DNA from: Armatimonadota bacterium
Lineage (GTDB): Bacteria > Armatimonadota > Fimbriimonadia > Fimbriimonadales > GBS-DC
Length of the DNA: 58,887 nt
Direction of reading: 5' to 3'
NCBI GenBank assembly: GCA_037445735.1
Contig: JBBIJY010000018.1
Coordinates: 1-58,887, forward strand
A program made the translations under genes and the position numbers. Every line of letters begins with the position of its first letter. Positions within the stretch are counted from its first letter, which is position 1. Below, one piece after another: positions 21,358-30,854 of the stretch. Under the pieces are notes generated by a model. It worked only from the letters and a program-made list of their open reading frames with translations. It ran no database searches and was not told the origin of the DNA.

Positions 21358-24312
21358 CTAAGGGGACGCAGTTGCTACCTGCAAGCCCGCATACCTCTGC
21401 ACCTGTTGGGTGAGGTTGAGCCACTCTTCACTGCCAAAGCGACCTTTGCCCCAGCCGAGGGCGACCCAGCCACCTGACAGGGGGCGCGACGCGCCTGCAG
21501 GAACCGTTATCGATAGGGGAACCCACAGGTCAGGATGCTGATTGCCCCCTTCATCTTTGAAGAAGTAGCACCGCCATCCGAGCGGGTCGAGCGGCATCGC
21601 GCCGTAGAAACGGTTGGCCGCGCGGTCTTGCCAGACGCCCGCGCTCAGGTAGTAGTTCGGCACGCCGCCTGGCTCATCGTCCGCACCGTTGCCGCCCAGC
21701 AGACTCAGCGGATAGTGGTAGACGCCCTTCATTTCCATCGGCTCTTTGCCCCGATTCTGCACCTTCAGCCAGCGCACGAGCAGCAGATTGTTCACCCACA
21801 TAAACTCCCACTCGATGGCGAAGGGGATGTCGGCGGAGTCGGGTGCTGGCTGATGGATGAGCCAGCCGCGTCCGTAGTCAATGCCGTCCATCGTGGCAAG
21901 AGCCACCTCGTGCTGGTTGGGTGCGAGCCAGCGGTTCTCACGGCGCACCTGCCACAGCAGCACCGTGTAGCGCCCATACCGCTCGCCCTGCCAGCGCAGT
22001 TCGCCAATCGGTGCCCGCTCGGTGGTGAAACGCAACTGGAGCGGTGAACGGCTGAAGCTGATCAACGCATCCGGCGCGAGCAGATTGCGCGATTGGGGAC
22101 GCGCGGCGCGCGGACGCGCTGCCACAAAGCGCAGCACATATTCGCGTCGTTCGCCCGACTTCAGATTCTGCAGGTAAATCCATGCGCGTTCGCAATACAA
22201 TGGCTCCACAGTGAAGCGCACAGGCTTGCCTTCGCGCGTGCGGCAGCTAAAAGTCCCTTTCCAGCGAGAGGCGAGATTATTCGGCGGTAAATCCACACAC
22301 ACCCAGCCCGTGAACGCCCGCTCACCCTGATTGATGACAGCAACTGGCAGGTGCATCGAGTCTCTGCCCGTTCGTGCCTTAACCGATGGAGCGGGTATCG
22401 CTTCCGTCGGCTGGGGGCTGCGCTCCCAGAAGCGTTTTGAAGCCGCATGAATCGTGTAGGCGCGACGGTGAACCATGGTCGCGGTGCGTACCAGCTCCTC
22501 ATAGGGCACGCCCTGCTCGTTGACCAGCCCGTAGTTGCTGTCTTCGGAGAAGGTGCGGCTGATGCCCAGCGCAGGCTCATCCACCCACATAAAGAAGTTG
22601 GAACCGACAACAAAGGGCAAGGCAAGCGCGGTCTCCTGAAAGATTCGGAAGCAGAGCGCCCGCTGCGCCTGCGTGTCCACGCGCATGCCTGCGCCGTGCT
22701 TGCAGGGCAGCCCGCTATCCAGGGCAGGGAAACTCCACTCGGTAATCATCAGGGGGCGACCGCTCTGCTTGTGCCATCGGCGCAGATGCTCCTCCCAGTC
22801 CAGCACGCGCCGCCGACGCAAATCAATTCGCGGATAGGTATTGACGCTGATCACATCGCAATATTTGCCTGCGATGTCCCAGACAGGGGGCGCATCGCCA
22901 GCGAACCGACAGCCCAGAATCAAATGATTGGGGTCATATGTGCGAATGGCGCGCGTCGCGACTTCGAAGTAGCGGCGGGCAGCCAGTCGCACGAAGGCGA
23001 TGCCATCCTGCTGGGCGCGCGGCGTGCGAATAGCAGGCGGTGAATCGCTTTCGGCAATCTCCTGAAAATCGCGCAGGTTCGCCTCCCATGCGCGATTGAA
23101 GGCGGAAACATCGTTCCGATAGCGCTGGCGCAGCAGCTCGGCGAGCGCGACCCGCGCGGTGTGCCCTGGCGGACGACGCAACGCCTCCACTGCCAGTCCC
23201 CATTGCAAATAATCCTTGCCGAACCACTCCAGCTCGTTATCCAGCATATAGCCAAGCAGCCACGGGTCATCGCGGTTGGGACGGCAGCGCTCGTAGGCAA
23301 CCCACTCGCACCACTGCTCCCATTCAGGCGAGAACACATTCGGGAAGCCCGTCCAGTGAATCGGTTTCACCAGATCATCGTGATAGGCGAATCCCTGCCC
23401 CATGCCCAGTATCTGTTCGGGATGCGGCAGCCCCTTATGGCGCAGGTGGACGGAATGGTTGACCCCCAGCGCGGTGAAGCCCCACGCTTTCAGCCGTTGC
23501 AGGGTCTCCTGCGCCCAGCGCTCTTCCGAGCCGTGCCGACGCTCCATGTTGCGATGATAGGGCGCGTAGCCGAGCTGCTCGCACCAGTGAACGAAGTAGC
23601 TGGCGTGATCGGTGCCCAGTGCCAGAAACAGGTTGCCGCTGGGGTCGATCAACCACCAGACGCCATCGACCTGCTCCACACGGAAGAAGCCGGTGGCGCG
23701 TTGTCGGGCTGGTTTCACGCGCGCCCTCACGGGAGGCGGCTTGAGAATCGCTACGGAGGGCGCGTACGGCTCTCTGCGCTCGATTCGCGCGTCGCGAATG
23801 GCCGCCTGAAAGCCGTTCACGATAATACCGAGCCTGCCGAAGTAGAAGCCCTGCTCGAATCGCCAGCCTGCCCGCCAGCAGAGCGTGTCGCCCTCCCACA
23901 CTTCGCCTGTAATCTTTTGCTCGTCCCACTCCATTCGCAGGCGATAGGGTGTGCCATATGCCCACTGCCAGCCCTCGCGCGTGTAAGCGAAGCTTTCGTC
24001 GGGTGCGACGCCCTCCCGCGAGAGCCACTGACCCCCATACATCTGCTGCAGCTCGACAAAATGGCGTCGGTCGGTCTCGTCGGGAGCTTCCACAAGGTTC
24101 AGTCGCCAGTGGTTGCGCTCATCCCGCCAGAGGGTCAGCCCTGCCGTCTTCCACTGGCTGGTGGTGGCGCGATGAAGCGTGAACAGGGCGGAGAACGCGC
24201 CCGCTTTGGAGAAGGAATCACGCCAGAGCAGCGGCGATCCAAGCCCGCGCGCCTCTATCGTACCATCAGGCTGCTCCCTGTAGCCAAACGGCACTATCTC
24301 CCACCGCTGCAT
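21358..24312 (-). CDS. Large glycoside hydrolase, beta-agarase (GH50)-like catalytic domain with extra domains
   Basis: GFFRVEQVDGVWWLIDPSG, RLKAWGFTALG, DPWLLGYMLDNEL, DPNHLILGCRF, PLMITEWSF; start at ATG 24312. Confidence 0.75.
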   Translation of the reverse strand: MQRWEIVPFGYREQPDGTIEARGLGSPLLWRDSFSKAGAFSALFTLHRATTSQWKTAGLTLWRDERNHWRLNLVEAPDETDRRHFVELQQMYGGQWLSREGVAPDESFAYTREGWQWAYGTPYRLRMEWDEQKITGEVWEGDTLCWRAGWRFEQGFYFGRLGIIVNGFQAAIRDARIERREPYAPSVAILKPPPVRARVKPARQRATGFFRVEQVDGVWWLIDPSGNLFLALGTDHASYFVHWCEQLGYAPYHRNMERRHGSEERWAQETLQRLKAWGFTALGVNHSVHLRHKGLPHPEQILGMGQGFAYHDDLVKPIHWTGFPNVFSPEWEQWCEWVAYERCRPNRDDPWLLGYMLDNELEWFGKDYLQWGLAVEALRRPPGHTARVALAELLRQRYRNDVSAFNRAWEANLRDFQEIAESDSPPAIRTPRAQQDGIAFVRLAARRYFEVATRAIRTYDPNHLILGCRFAGDAPPVWDIAGKYCDVISVNTYPRIDLRRRRVLDWEEHLRRWHKQSGRPLMITEWSFPALDSGLPCKHGAGMRVDTQAQRALCFRIFQETALALPFVVGSNFFMWVDEPALGISRTFSEDSNYGLVNEQGVPYEELVRTATMVHRRAYTIHAASKRFWERSPQPTEAIPAPSVKARTGRDSMHLPVAVINQGERAFTGWVCVDLPPNNLASRWKGTFSCRTREGKPVRFTVEPLYCERAWIYLQNLKSGERREYVLRFVAARPRAARPQSRNLLAPDALISFSRSPLQLRFTTERAPIGELRWQGERYGRYTVLLWQVRRENRWLAPNQHEVALATMDGIDYGRGWLIHQPAPDSADIPFAIEWEFMWVNNLLLVRWLKVQNRGKEPMEMKGVYHYPLSLLGGNGADDEPGGVPNYYLSAGVWQDRAANRFYGAMPLDPLGWRCYFFKDEGGNQHPDLWVPLSITVPAGASRPLSGGWVALGWGKGRFGSEEWLNLTQQVQRYAGLQVATASP

Positions 24313-24390
24313 ATTCGACTCGTTCGCCTGAGCTGGAACATCTCCTGCCAAGCGCCCTGCAGGTGGTATAATCTTGGGTGGAAAAAGCCG

Positions 24391-25413
24391 ATGAATGTGC
24401 AGGATTTGCATGACCTGATACGCCTGCTGGAGCAACATCCAGAGTGGCGGGCAGAACTGCGCCGTCTGGTGCTGACAGATGAGCTGCTGGAGCTGCCAGA
24501 GCTGGTGCGCCAGCTGATTGAAGCCCAGCAGCGCATCGAAGCGCAAATCGCGGAGCTGGTCGCGACGCAGCAGATGCTGGTAGAAACGCAAAAACAGCAT
24601 TCGCAGGAGATTCGCGAGCTGCGGGAGATTGCCCAGCAGAACACCGAAGCCATTCGCGAGCTGCGGGAGGTTTCCCGCCAGAACACGGAGGCGATTCGCG
24701 AGCTGCAGGCAACGGTGCAACAGCACTCCCAGGAGATTCGCGAGCTGCGCGCGATTGCCCAGCAAAACACTGAAGCGATTCGCGAGCTGCGGGAGGCTAC
24801 CCAGCGGAACACGGAGGCTATTAACAGGCTTAGCGCGATTCAGGAGCAACAGACTGCGGAGTTGCGTCACCTGCAAAGAACGGTTGCTGAGTTATCGGAA
24901 GATGTAAGAGGCTTGTTAGAATGGCAACGCGGTGAGGCAGGACGACGCGAGGGCGAGCAGTACGAGCAACGCATCCTGAAGCGGGCGGTTAACCTGTTCT
25001 ACGGGGGAGATGGCGGAGCAACGGGCGAAACCCATGTGCGCCGTCGCATCGCGCGGTGGCTGCGCCCGCTCTACCAGTCCGACAACCTGCCCGATTCTCC
25101 GGCTGATCCAGCTGAGGCAGACCTCATCTGGTGGAAGGGCGACACGGTGATGGTGGTGGAGGTCTCGCTGAAGGTGAACGGTCAGGATGTTCGGCGGGCG
25201 CGTCGGCGTGCCGATACCCTGCGGCAGGTGGGCGTCAACGCCGTGCCTGTCGTCATCGGCGAGGAGTGGGCAACGCCCGACGCCCGAACCACCGCCCAGC
25301 AGGAACAGGTCGAATGGAAGATTGGTAGCGAGCTATCAGCCGGCTTTATCGCCCTTCGCCAGATACCAGACGAAACCCCAGAGAATGCAGAGCCTGCCAG
25401 TGAGTACCGATAA
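24391..25413 (+). CDS. Coiled-coil repeat protein with C-terminal PD-(D/E)xK-like domain
   Basis: HPEWRAELRRLVLTDELLELP N-terminus; 14-aa repeats; EADLIW...VVEVSLKV...DVRRARRRA; TATAAT at 24367. Confidence 0.78.
   Translation: MNVQDLHDLIRLLEQHPEWRAELRRLVLTDELLELPELVRQLIEAQQRIEAQIAELVATQQMLVETQKQHSQEIRELREIAQQNTEAIRELREVSRQNTEAIRELQATVQQHSQEIRELRAIAQQNTEAIRELREATQRNTEAINRLSAIQEQQTAELRHLQRTVAELSEDVRGLLEWQRGEAGRREGEQYEQRILKRAVNLFYGGDGGATGETHVRRRIARWLRPLYQSDNLPDSPADPAEADLIWWKGDTVMVVEVSLKVNGQDVRRARRRADTLRQVGVNAVPVVIGEEWATPDARTTAQQEQVEWKIGSELSAGFIALRQIPDETPENAEPASEYR
24595..24830 (+). repeat. In-frame 42-bp tandem repeats
   Basis: ATTCGCGAGCTGC at 24610, 24652, 24694, 24736, 24778. Confidence 0.9.
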
Positions 25414-25424
25414 TCTTTGCAGGC

Positions 25425-27557
25425 ATGGGACTCACAGGCTGGCTGACGCGCGCCTTGCGCCACTCCGATCTGATAATCGCACTCGCCATTCTGGTGGTGG
25501 TGACGATTCTCATTCTGCCACTGCCCGAATGGTTGCTGGACACCTGCCTGGTGATTAACTTCGCCGCGGCAATCATCATCGCGCTGATGGCGGTCAACAT
25601 CACTGACCCGCTCCAGTTCTCGGTGTTCCCTGCCCTGCTGCTGGTGACCACGCTCTTTCGGCTGGCGCTGAGCATCGCAGCGACGAAGCTCATACTGGGC
25701 ACGGGCAGTGCGGGGCATGTGATAGAAACCTTCGGCAGCTTCGTGGTGGGAGGCGACTTTGTGGTGGGCGTGGTCGCCTTCCTGATTCTGGTGATTGTGC
25801 AGTTTGTGGTGATTACGAACGGCGCGGGGCGTGTGGCGGAGGTCGCCGCCCGATTCACGCTGGACGCGATGCCCGGCAAGCAGATGGCAATCGACGCCGA
25901 CCTGAACGCCGGGCTGATCGATCAGGATGAGGCACGCCGTCGCCGCCGACTGGTGGAGCTGGAAGCCGATTTCTACGGCGCGATGGACGGCGCGAGCAAG
26001 TTTGTCAAGGGCGATGCCATCGCTGCCGTGCTGATTATTCTCATCAACATCATCGGCGGGTTCGCCGTTGGCTACCTGCGCGGTCAAGGCGACCCGATGA
26101 CCGTGCTGCAGACCTACACGCTGCTCACAGTGGGCGAAGGTCTGGTGGCGCAAATCCCTGCCCTGCTGATTTCGACCGCCACAGGCTTAATGGTGACGCG
26201 CGCCTCCACCGAGCAGGCGATGGGACAGGATGTGGTGGGGCAGGTGCTGCAGTACCCGCGCGTGCTGATGGGCGCAGGCGTCGCGATCGGGCTGCTTGCG
26301 CTGGTGCCGGGCTTCCCCAAACTCCAGTTTCTGATGATTGGGCTGGCGATTGCAGGGCTGGGCTATCTGGCGAGCCGCACGGTTCTCCTACCTGCCGCCC
26401 AGCCGTCCGCGCTTCAGCCAGCAGGCGGCACGCCCGCTGGCACAGCCGCCGAGCCAGCGCCTGCAACGCCCACCGGACCCGAAGCGGTGCTGCCCCTGCT
26501 GAAAGTGGATGCGATCGAACTCGAAATCGGCTACGGACTGCTGCCGCTGGTGGACACGAACCAGCGTGGCGATCTGCTGGAGCGTATCGCGGCGATTCGG
26601 CGGCAGCTCGCGCTGGAGCTGGGCTTCGTGATGCCGTCCGTGCGCGTGCGCGACAATGTGCGCCTCAAGTCCTATCAATATCAGATCAAGATTCGGGGCG
26701 AGGTGGTGGCGCTGGCGGAGGTGATGCCACGCCTGCTGCTGGCGATGCCGCCCGCGACCGACGCTCCCCCGGTGGAGGGCATGCTGACCACCGAGCCAGT
26801 GTTCGGCATGCGCGCTTACTGGATCGAGCCTGCCCAGCGCGAGCAAGCAGAACGCTGGGGCTACACCGTCGTGGAGCCATCAGCCGTGATTGCCACCCAC
26901 CTGACCGAAGTCGTGCGCCAGCATGCAGCCGACCTGCTGGGACGCGCCGAAGTGCAACAGCTATTAGATAACCTCAAGGAGCAGAATCCAGTCGTGGTGC
27001 AGGAGCTGGTGCCCGACCTGCTCACACTGGGCGAGGTGCAGAAGGTGCTTCAGCATCTGTTGCGTGAAGGCGTGCCCATTCGCGATCTGGTAACGATTCT
27101 GGAGGCGCTGGCGGACTACGCGCCGCGCACGCGCGATGTGGAGGCGCTGGGCGAGTATGCCCGCGCCGCGCTGGCGCGCACCATCACCCATCGGCTGGTC
27201 GATCCACAGGGACGCCTGCATGTGATGGTGCTGGAGCCTGCTCTGGAAGCCTCTCTGCGCGAGCAGGTGGAGCAGACGCCGCAGGGCGTGGTGCTGACGC
27301 TGGAGCCAGCGACAGCCCGAAGCCTCCTGCAGGCAATCGGTCAGCATGCTCAGCAGATGAGCGCGAAGGGCTATCTACCTGTGATAGCAGTGCCCGCCCA
27401 GTTGCGATTGCCCATCCGCAAACTGCTCGGCGCCGACCTGCCCGCCATGCATGTGATCGCCTATCACGAAATCGCGCCGCGCACACCCATTCAGGTGATA
27501 AGTCAGGTAGCTCTCAGTGAACTGATGATCCCATCGGTACAGTTGAGCGCGGCATAG
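25425..27557 (+). CDS. flhA: Flagellar export protein FlhA
   Basis: RVAEVAARFTLDAMPGKQMAIDADLNAG, FYGAMDGASKFVKGDAIA. Confidence 0.95.
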   Translation: MGLTGWLTRALRHSDLIIALAILVVVTILILPLPEWLLDTCLVINFAAAIIIALMAVNITDPLQFSVFPALLLVTTLFRLALSIAATKLILGTGSAGHVIETFGSFVVGGDFVVGVVAFLILVIVQFVVITNGAGRVAEVAARFTLDAMPGKQMAIDADLNAGLIDQDEARRRRRLVELEADFYGAMDGASKFVKGDAIAAVLIILINIIGGFAVGYLRGQGDPMTVLQTYTLLTVGEGLVAQIPALLISTATGLMVTRASTEQAMGQDVVGQVLQYPRVLMGAGVAIGLLALVPGFPKLQFLMIGLAIAGLGYLASRTVLLPAAQPSALQPAGGTPAGTAAEPAPATPTGPEAVLPLLKVDAIELEIGYGLLPLVDTNQRGDLLERIAAIRRQLALELGFVMPSVRVRDNVRLKSYQYQIKIRGEVVALAEVMPRLLLAMPPATDAPPVEGMLTTEPVFGMRAYWIEPAQREQAERWGYTVVEPSAVIATHLTEVVRQHAADLLGRAEVQQLLDNLKEQNPVVVQELVPDLLTLGEVQKVLQHLLREGVPIRDLVTILEALADYAPRTRDVEALGEYARAALARTITHRLVDPQGRLHVMVLEPALEASLREQVEQTPQGVVLTLEPATARSLLQAIGQHAQQMSAKGYLPVIAVPAQLRLPIRKLLGADLPAMHVIAYHEIAPRTPIQVISQVALSELMIPSVQLSAA

Positions 27558-27593
27558 GCAGGGAAACCGTTGTCGTTAGCCAAAAAGGGGGCT

Positions 27594-30500
27594 ATGATTC
27601 GCAGATTATGGCTAACGGCGTTCGGATGTCTGCTATCGGCGCTGGCGTTTGCACAGTTGCCCGCGGCTCAACCGGAGCCGATTCGCGGTGCCAGGCTACC
27701 CGCGCTCAGCCCCGATGGTCGCCAGCTGGCGTTCGTGTATCGGGGCGACATCTGGCTGGCATCCTCCGAGGGCGGGCGCGCCACCCCGCTCACCCGCCAT
27801 GTGGAATACGACTCCTACCCGCTCTGGTCGCCCGATGGCAACTGGATAGCGTTCGCCAGCTTGCGCAACGGCAACTGGGATATTTTCGTGATGTCTGCGA
27901 CAGGCGGCGCCCCGCGCCAGATCACCTTCCACAGCCAGTCGGAAATCCCCAGCAGCTGGAGCCGCGACGGACGCTACCTCTATTACAGCGCGCCCTACGA
28001 TTCGAACAACCCCGCCGTCATCCAGCTGGATGTGCGCACGGGTCAGTTCAGGCGTGTGCTGGACGACTACAACGCTATCAACAGCCCGCAGATTTCGCCC
28101 GACGGCAACTGGATCGCCTTCGGTCGGCACGGCTTCCCGTGGTGGCGTCCGCGCTATGTCGGCTCTGCAGCGATGCAAGTTTGGCTCTATAACCTGAACA
28201 CAGGCGAGCGGCGCGCGCTCACGAACGACCGCCGCCAGCATCTATGGACACAGTGGATGCCCGACGGCAACGCGCTGCTGACCGTGACGATTGGCGAGGA
28301 GACGCCCGCTTCGCCCCGACTGGGCGAACGCCTGCCCGTGTTCAAAGACAACCCGCGTCGCACGCCCAACCTGTGGCTGATCGACCTGCGCGGGCGCGAA
28401 CGGCAACTCACCCAGTTCACAGGGGGCAGCGTGCGCTTCCCCTCCGTCGCCTATCGTACGGGCGATATCGCCTTCGAGTATGAGGGCGACCTCTATATTC
28501 TGCGGGCGGGTCAGCGCGAGCCGCAAAAACTCACCCTTTATGCCACGCAGGACGAAACGCAGAACCCGCGCCGCCGCGAACTGCTCACCGCTGGCGTTTC
28601 GGAAGCCGAGCCGTCGCCCGACGGCAAACTGTTCGCCTTCGGACTGCGCGGCGACATCTGGACCATTCAAATCGAAAAGCCGAAGGAGACGCCCGCCAAA
28701 CGCAACGCCGAGTTCGCCCGCCAACTCACCGACTGGGTGGGCAACGACTCCGACTTCGTGTGGTCTAAAGACGGCAAAACGCTCTACTTCACCTCCGACC
28801 GCAATTACTATCAGCAGCTCTACGCGCTGGATATCGAGAGCCTGCAGGTGCGCCCGCTCTGGAAGCAGCCGTCGGATATAACACGCCTGAAGCTCTCGCC
28901 CGACGGCAAGCAACTCGGCTTCTGGGTGTCGGGTTCCGAAGGCGGTCTCTATGTGATGAACCTCGAAACGGGCGAAGCGAAGCGTGTGCTGAAGGAGCCC
29001 GGCACGCACTGGTACGGGCTGGGTGGTGGCGACTTTGCCTGGTCGCCCGATATGAAGTGGCTCTGCGTCCAGCGGCGGGGCAAGAACCGCGCGTGGAACC
29101 TCTGGATTATCCCCGCCGAGGGCGGTGAACCCATCAACATTACCCGCCTGAACGCCTATCACAGCCAGCCCGCATGGTCGCCCGATGGCAGGTATCTCTT
29201 CTTCCAGAGCAATCGCGATGGGAACGGTCTCTACATCCTGCCGCTGACCGAAGAGGTCGCCCGCACCGACGATATGGACATCCAGTTCGAGAAGCTCAAA
29301 GAGCCAGTGCAGGTCAAAATCGACTTCGAGCGCATCGATCAGCGTATCCGTCGGCATCACACGCAGAACTCCGATGCCGATCTCGCGGTCAGCAGCGATG
29401 GCAAAATCTATTTCATCTCGGAGGGTGACCTCTGGCAACTCTCCTACGACGGCAAAGAGAGCAAGCGGCTGACCACGGGCGGAGGGTGTGCCGCACTGCG
29501 GGTGTCCGCCGACGGCAAAATGCTGTACTATATGCGCAACGGCGAGCTGTACACGCTGAATCTCGCCGCGAACAATAAGGTGGAGAAGGTCGATTTCAAG
29601 GCGGATATGGAGGTGGACACCCGCGCGGAGCGTCAGGCGGCGTTCGTGCAGTTCTGGCGGGCGTACGAGCGCGGTTTCTATGACCCGTCGTTTCACGGGC
29701 GCGACTGGGTCGCCATCCGCCAGCGGTACGAGCCGCTTCTGAACGGTGTGGAGACGCGCGAGGAGTTCGCCCTTGTGCTACAGATGATGGTCGGCGAGCT
29801 GGAAGCCTCGCACAGTGAGGTCGGACCCGCGCCCGGCGGTGTCCGCAGCCCCAGCACGCCCCACCTCGGCTTCACCATCGACTACAGCCATGCAGGACCC
29901 GGGCTGAAAGTGGGCGAAGTGCCACAGGGCGCGCCCGGCTCCTACCCCGAAACGCGCATCCGCCCCGGCGAATATGTGCTGAAAATCAACGGCGAACCCG
30001 TACGCCCCGACCAGCGACTGTGGCAACTGATTAACGACAAGGGCGACCGCACCTTCGAGTTCCTGGTCAACAGCAAGCCGATCGAGGAAGGCGCGCGCGT
30101 CGTCAAATACAAGCCACTCAGCGGCGGCGAGTGGAGCAGTCTCCACTATCGCAACCGCATCGAGCGGGCACGACGCCTCGTGGAAGAGCGCAGCAGCGGC
30201 GCCATCGGCTATGTGCATATCGCTGGCATGGGCGGCGGCAATCAGGCTCGATTCGAACGCGAGTTCTATGAATACGCCGTCGACAAAAAGGCAATGATTA
30301 TCGATGTGCGCTTCAACGGTGGCGGCAATATCGCCGACACGCTCGTCGACTGGCTGGAGCGCAAGCCGTATGCGTTCTATGTGCCGCGCGATGGCTATGC
30401 GGAGACCGCGCCCTACGGCTCGCTCAACATCCCGATGGTGGTAATGATGAACGAGCGCAGCTTCTCCAACGCTGAGATGTTCCCCTACGCGATGCGGGCG

Positions 30501-30758
30501 CGCGGGCTGGCGAAACTCGTCGGCTGGGAGACGCCCGGCTATGTCATCTGGACATGGGGACTGCAACTGGTGGACGGCACGGACGCCCGTATGCCCCAGC
30601 AGGGCGCGTTCCGTAAAGATGGCTCCAATATGGAGAACAACGGTGAGAAGCCCGATGTCGCGGTGTGGATGTCGCCGGAAGACTGGCTCAACGAACGCGA
30701 CCCCCAATTAGAAAAAGCGGTCGAACTGCTGATGGATGCTATCAAAAATCAGCGATAG
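27594..30758 (+). CDS. Tricorn-like S41 protease (PD40 propellers, PDZ)
   Basis: Many WSPDG repeats, MVGELEASH, IIDVRFNGGG, SFSNAEMF. Confidence 0.92.
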   Translation: MIRRLWLTAFGCLLSALAFAQLPAAQPEPIRGARLPALSPDGRQLAFVYRGDIWLASSEGGRATPLTRHVEYDSYPLWSPDGNWIAFASLRNGNWDIFVMSATGGAPRQITFHSQSEIPSSWSRDGRYLYYSAPYDSNNPAVIQLDVRTGQFRRVLDDYNAINSPQISPDGNWIAFGRHGFPWWRPRYVGSAAMQVWLYNLNTGERRALTNDRRQHLWTQWMPDGNALLTVTIGEETPASPRLGERLPVFKDNPRRTPNLWLIDLRGRERQLTQFTGGSVRFPSVAYRTGDIAFEYEGDLYILRAGQREPQKLTLYATQDETQNPRRRELLTAGVSEAEPSPDGKLFAFGLRGDIWTIQIEKPKETPAKRNAEFARQLTDWVGNDSDFVWSKDGKTLYFTSDRNYYQQLYALDIESLQVRPLWKQPSDITRLKLSPDGKQLGFWVSGSEGGLYVMNLETGEAKRVLKEPGTHWYGLGGGDFAWSPDMKWLCVQRRGKNRAWNLWIIPAEGGEPINITRLNAYHSQPAWSPDGRYLFFQSNRDGNGLYILPLTEEVARTDDMDIQFEKLKEPVQVKIDFERIDQRIRRHHTQNSDADLAVSSDGKIYFISEGDLWQLSYDGKESKRLTTGGGCAALRVSADGKMLYYMRNGELYTLNLAANNKVEKVDFKADMEVDTRAERQAAFVQFWRAYERGFYDPSFHGRDWVAIRQRYEPLLNGVETREEFALVLQMMVGELEASHSEVGPAPGGVRSPSTPHLGFTIDYSHAGPGLKVGEVPQGAPGSYPETRIRPGEYVLKINGEPVRPDQRLWQLINDKGDRTFEFLVNSKPIEEGARVVKYKPLSGGEWSSLHYRNRIERARRLVEERSSGAIGYVHIAGMGGGNQARFEREFYEYAVDKKAMIIDVRFNGGGNIADTLVDWLERKPYAFYVPRDGYAETAPYGSLNIPMVVMMNERSFSNAEMFPYAMRARGLAKLVGWETPGYVIWTWGLQLVDGTDARMPQQGAFRKDGSNMENNGEKPDVAVWMSPEDWLNERDPQLEKAVELLMDAIKNQR

Positions 30759-30760
30759 AA

Positions 30761-30853
30761 GCGTTTCCGCTCCACACTATAGGCGAACTCGTACGGGCGC
30801 GGTCTCCGCGCCCCCCTCGCCTTATCAGACAACTCGTACGGGCGCGGAAACGC
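30761..30853. repeat. REP-like palindromes between convergent genes (probable bidirectional terminator)
   Basis: AACTCGTACGGGCGCGG at 30786 and 30831; hairpin GGGCGCGG-TCT-CCGCGCCC; outer IR GCGTTTCCGC/GCGGAAACGC. Confidence 0.7.
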
Positions 30854-30854
30854 A

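Noticed and set aside
23161-24876. Long 5' extensions of the ORF-track calls 23161..25413 (+) and 21358..24876 (-)
   Set aside because: Antisense shadows of each other's genes; real starts are better placed at 24391 and 24312 around a divergent promoter gap
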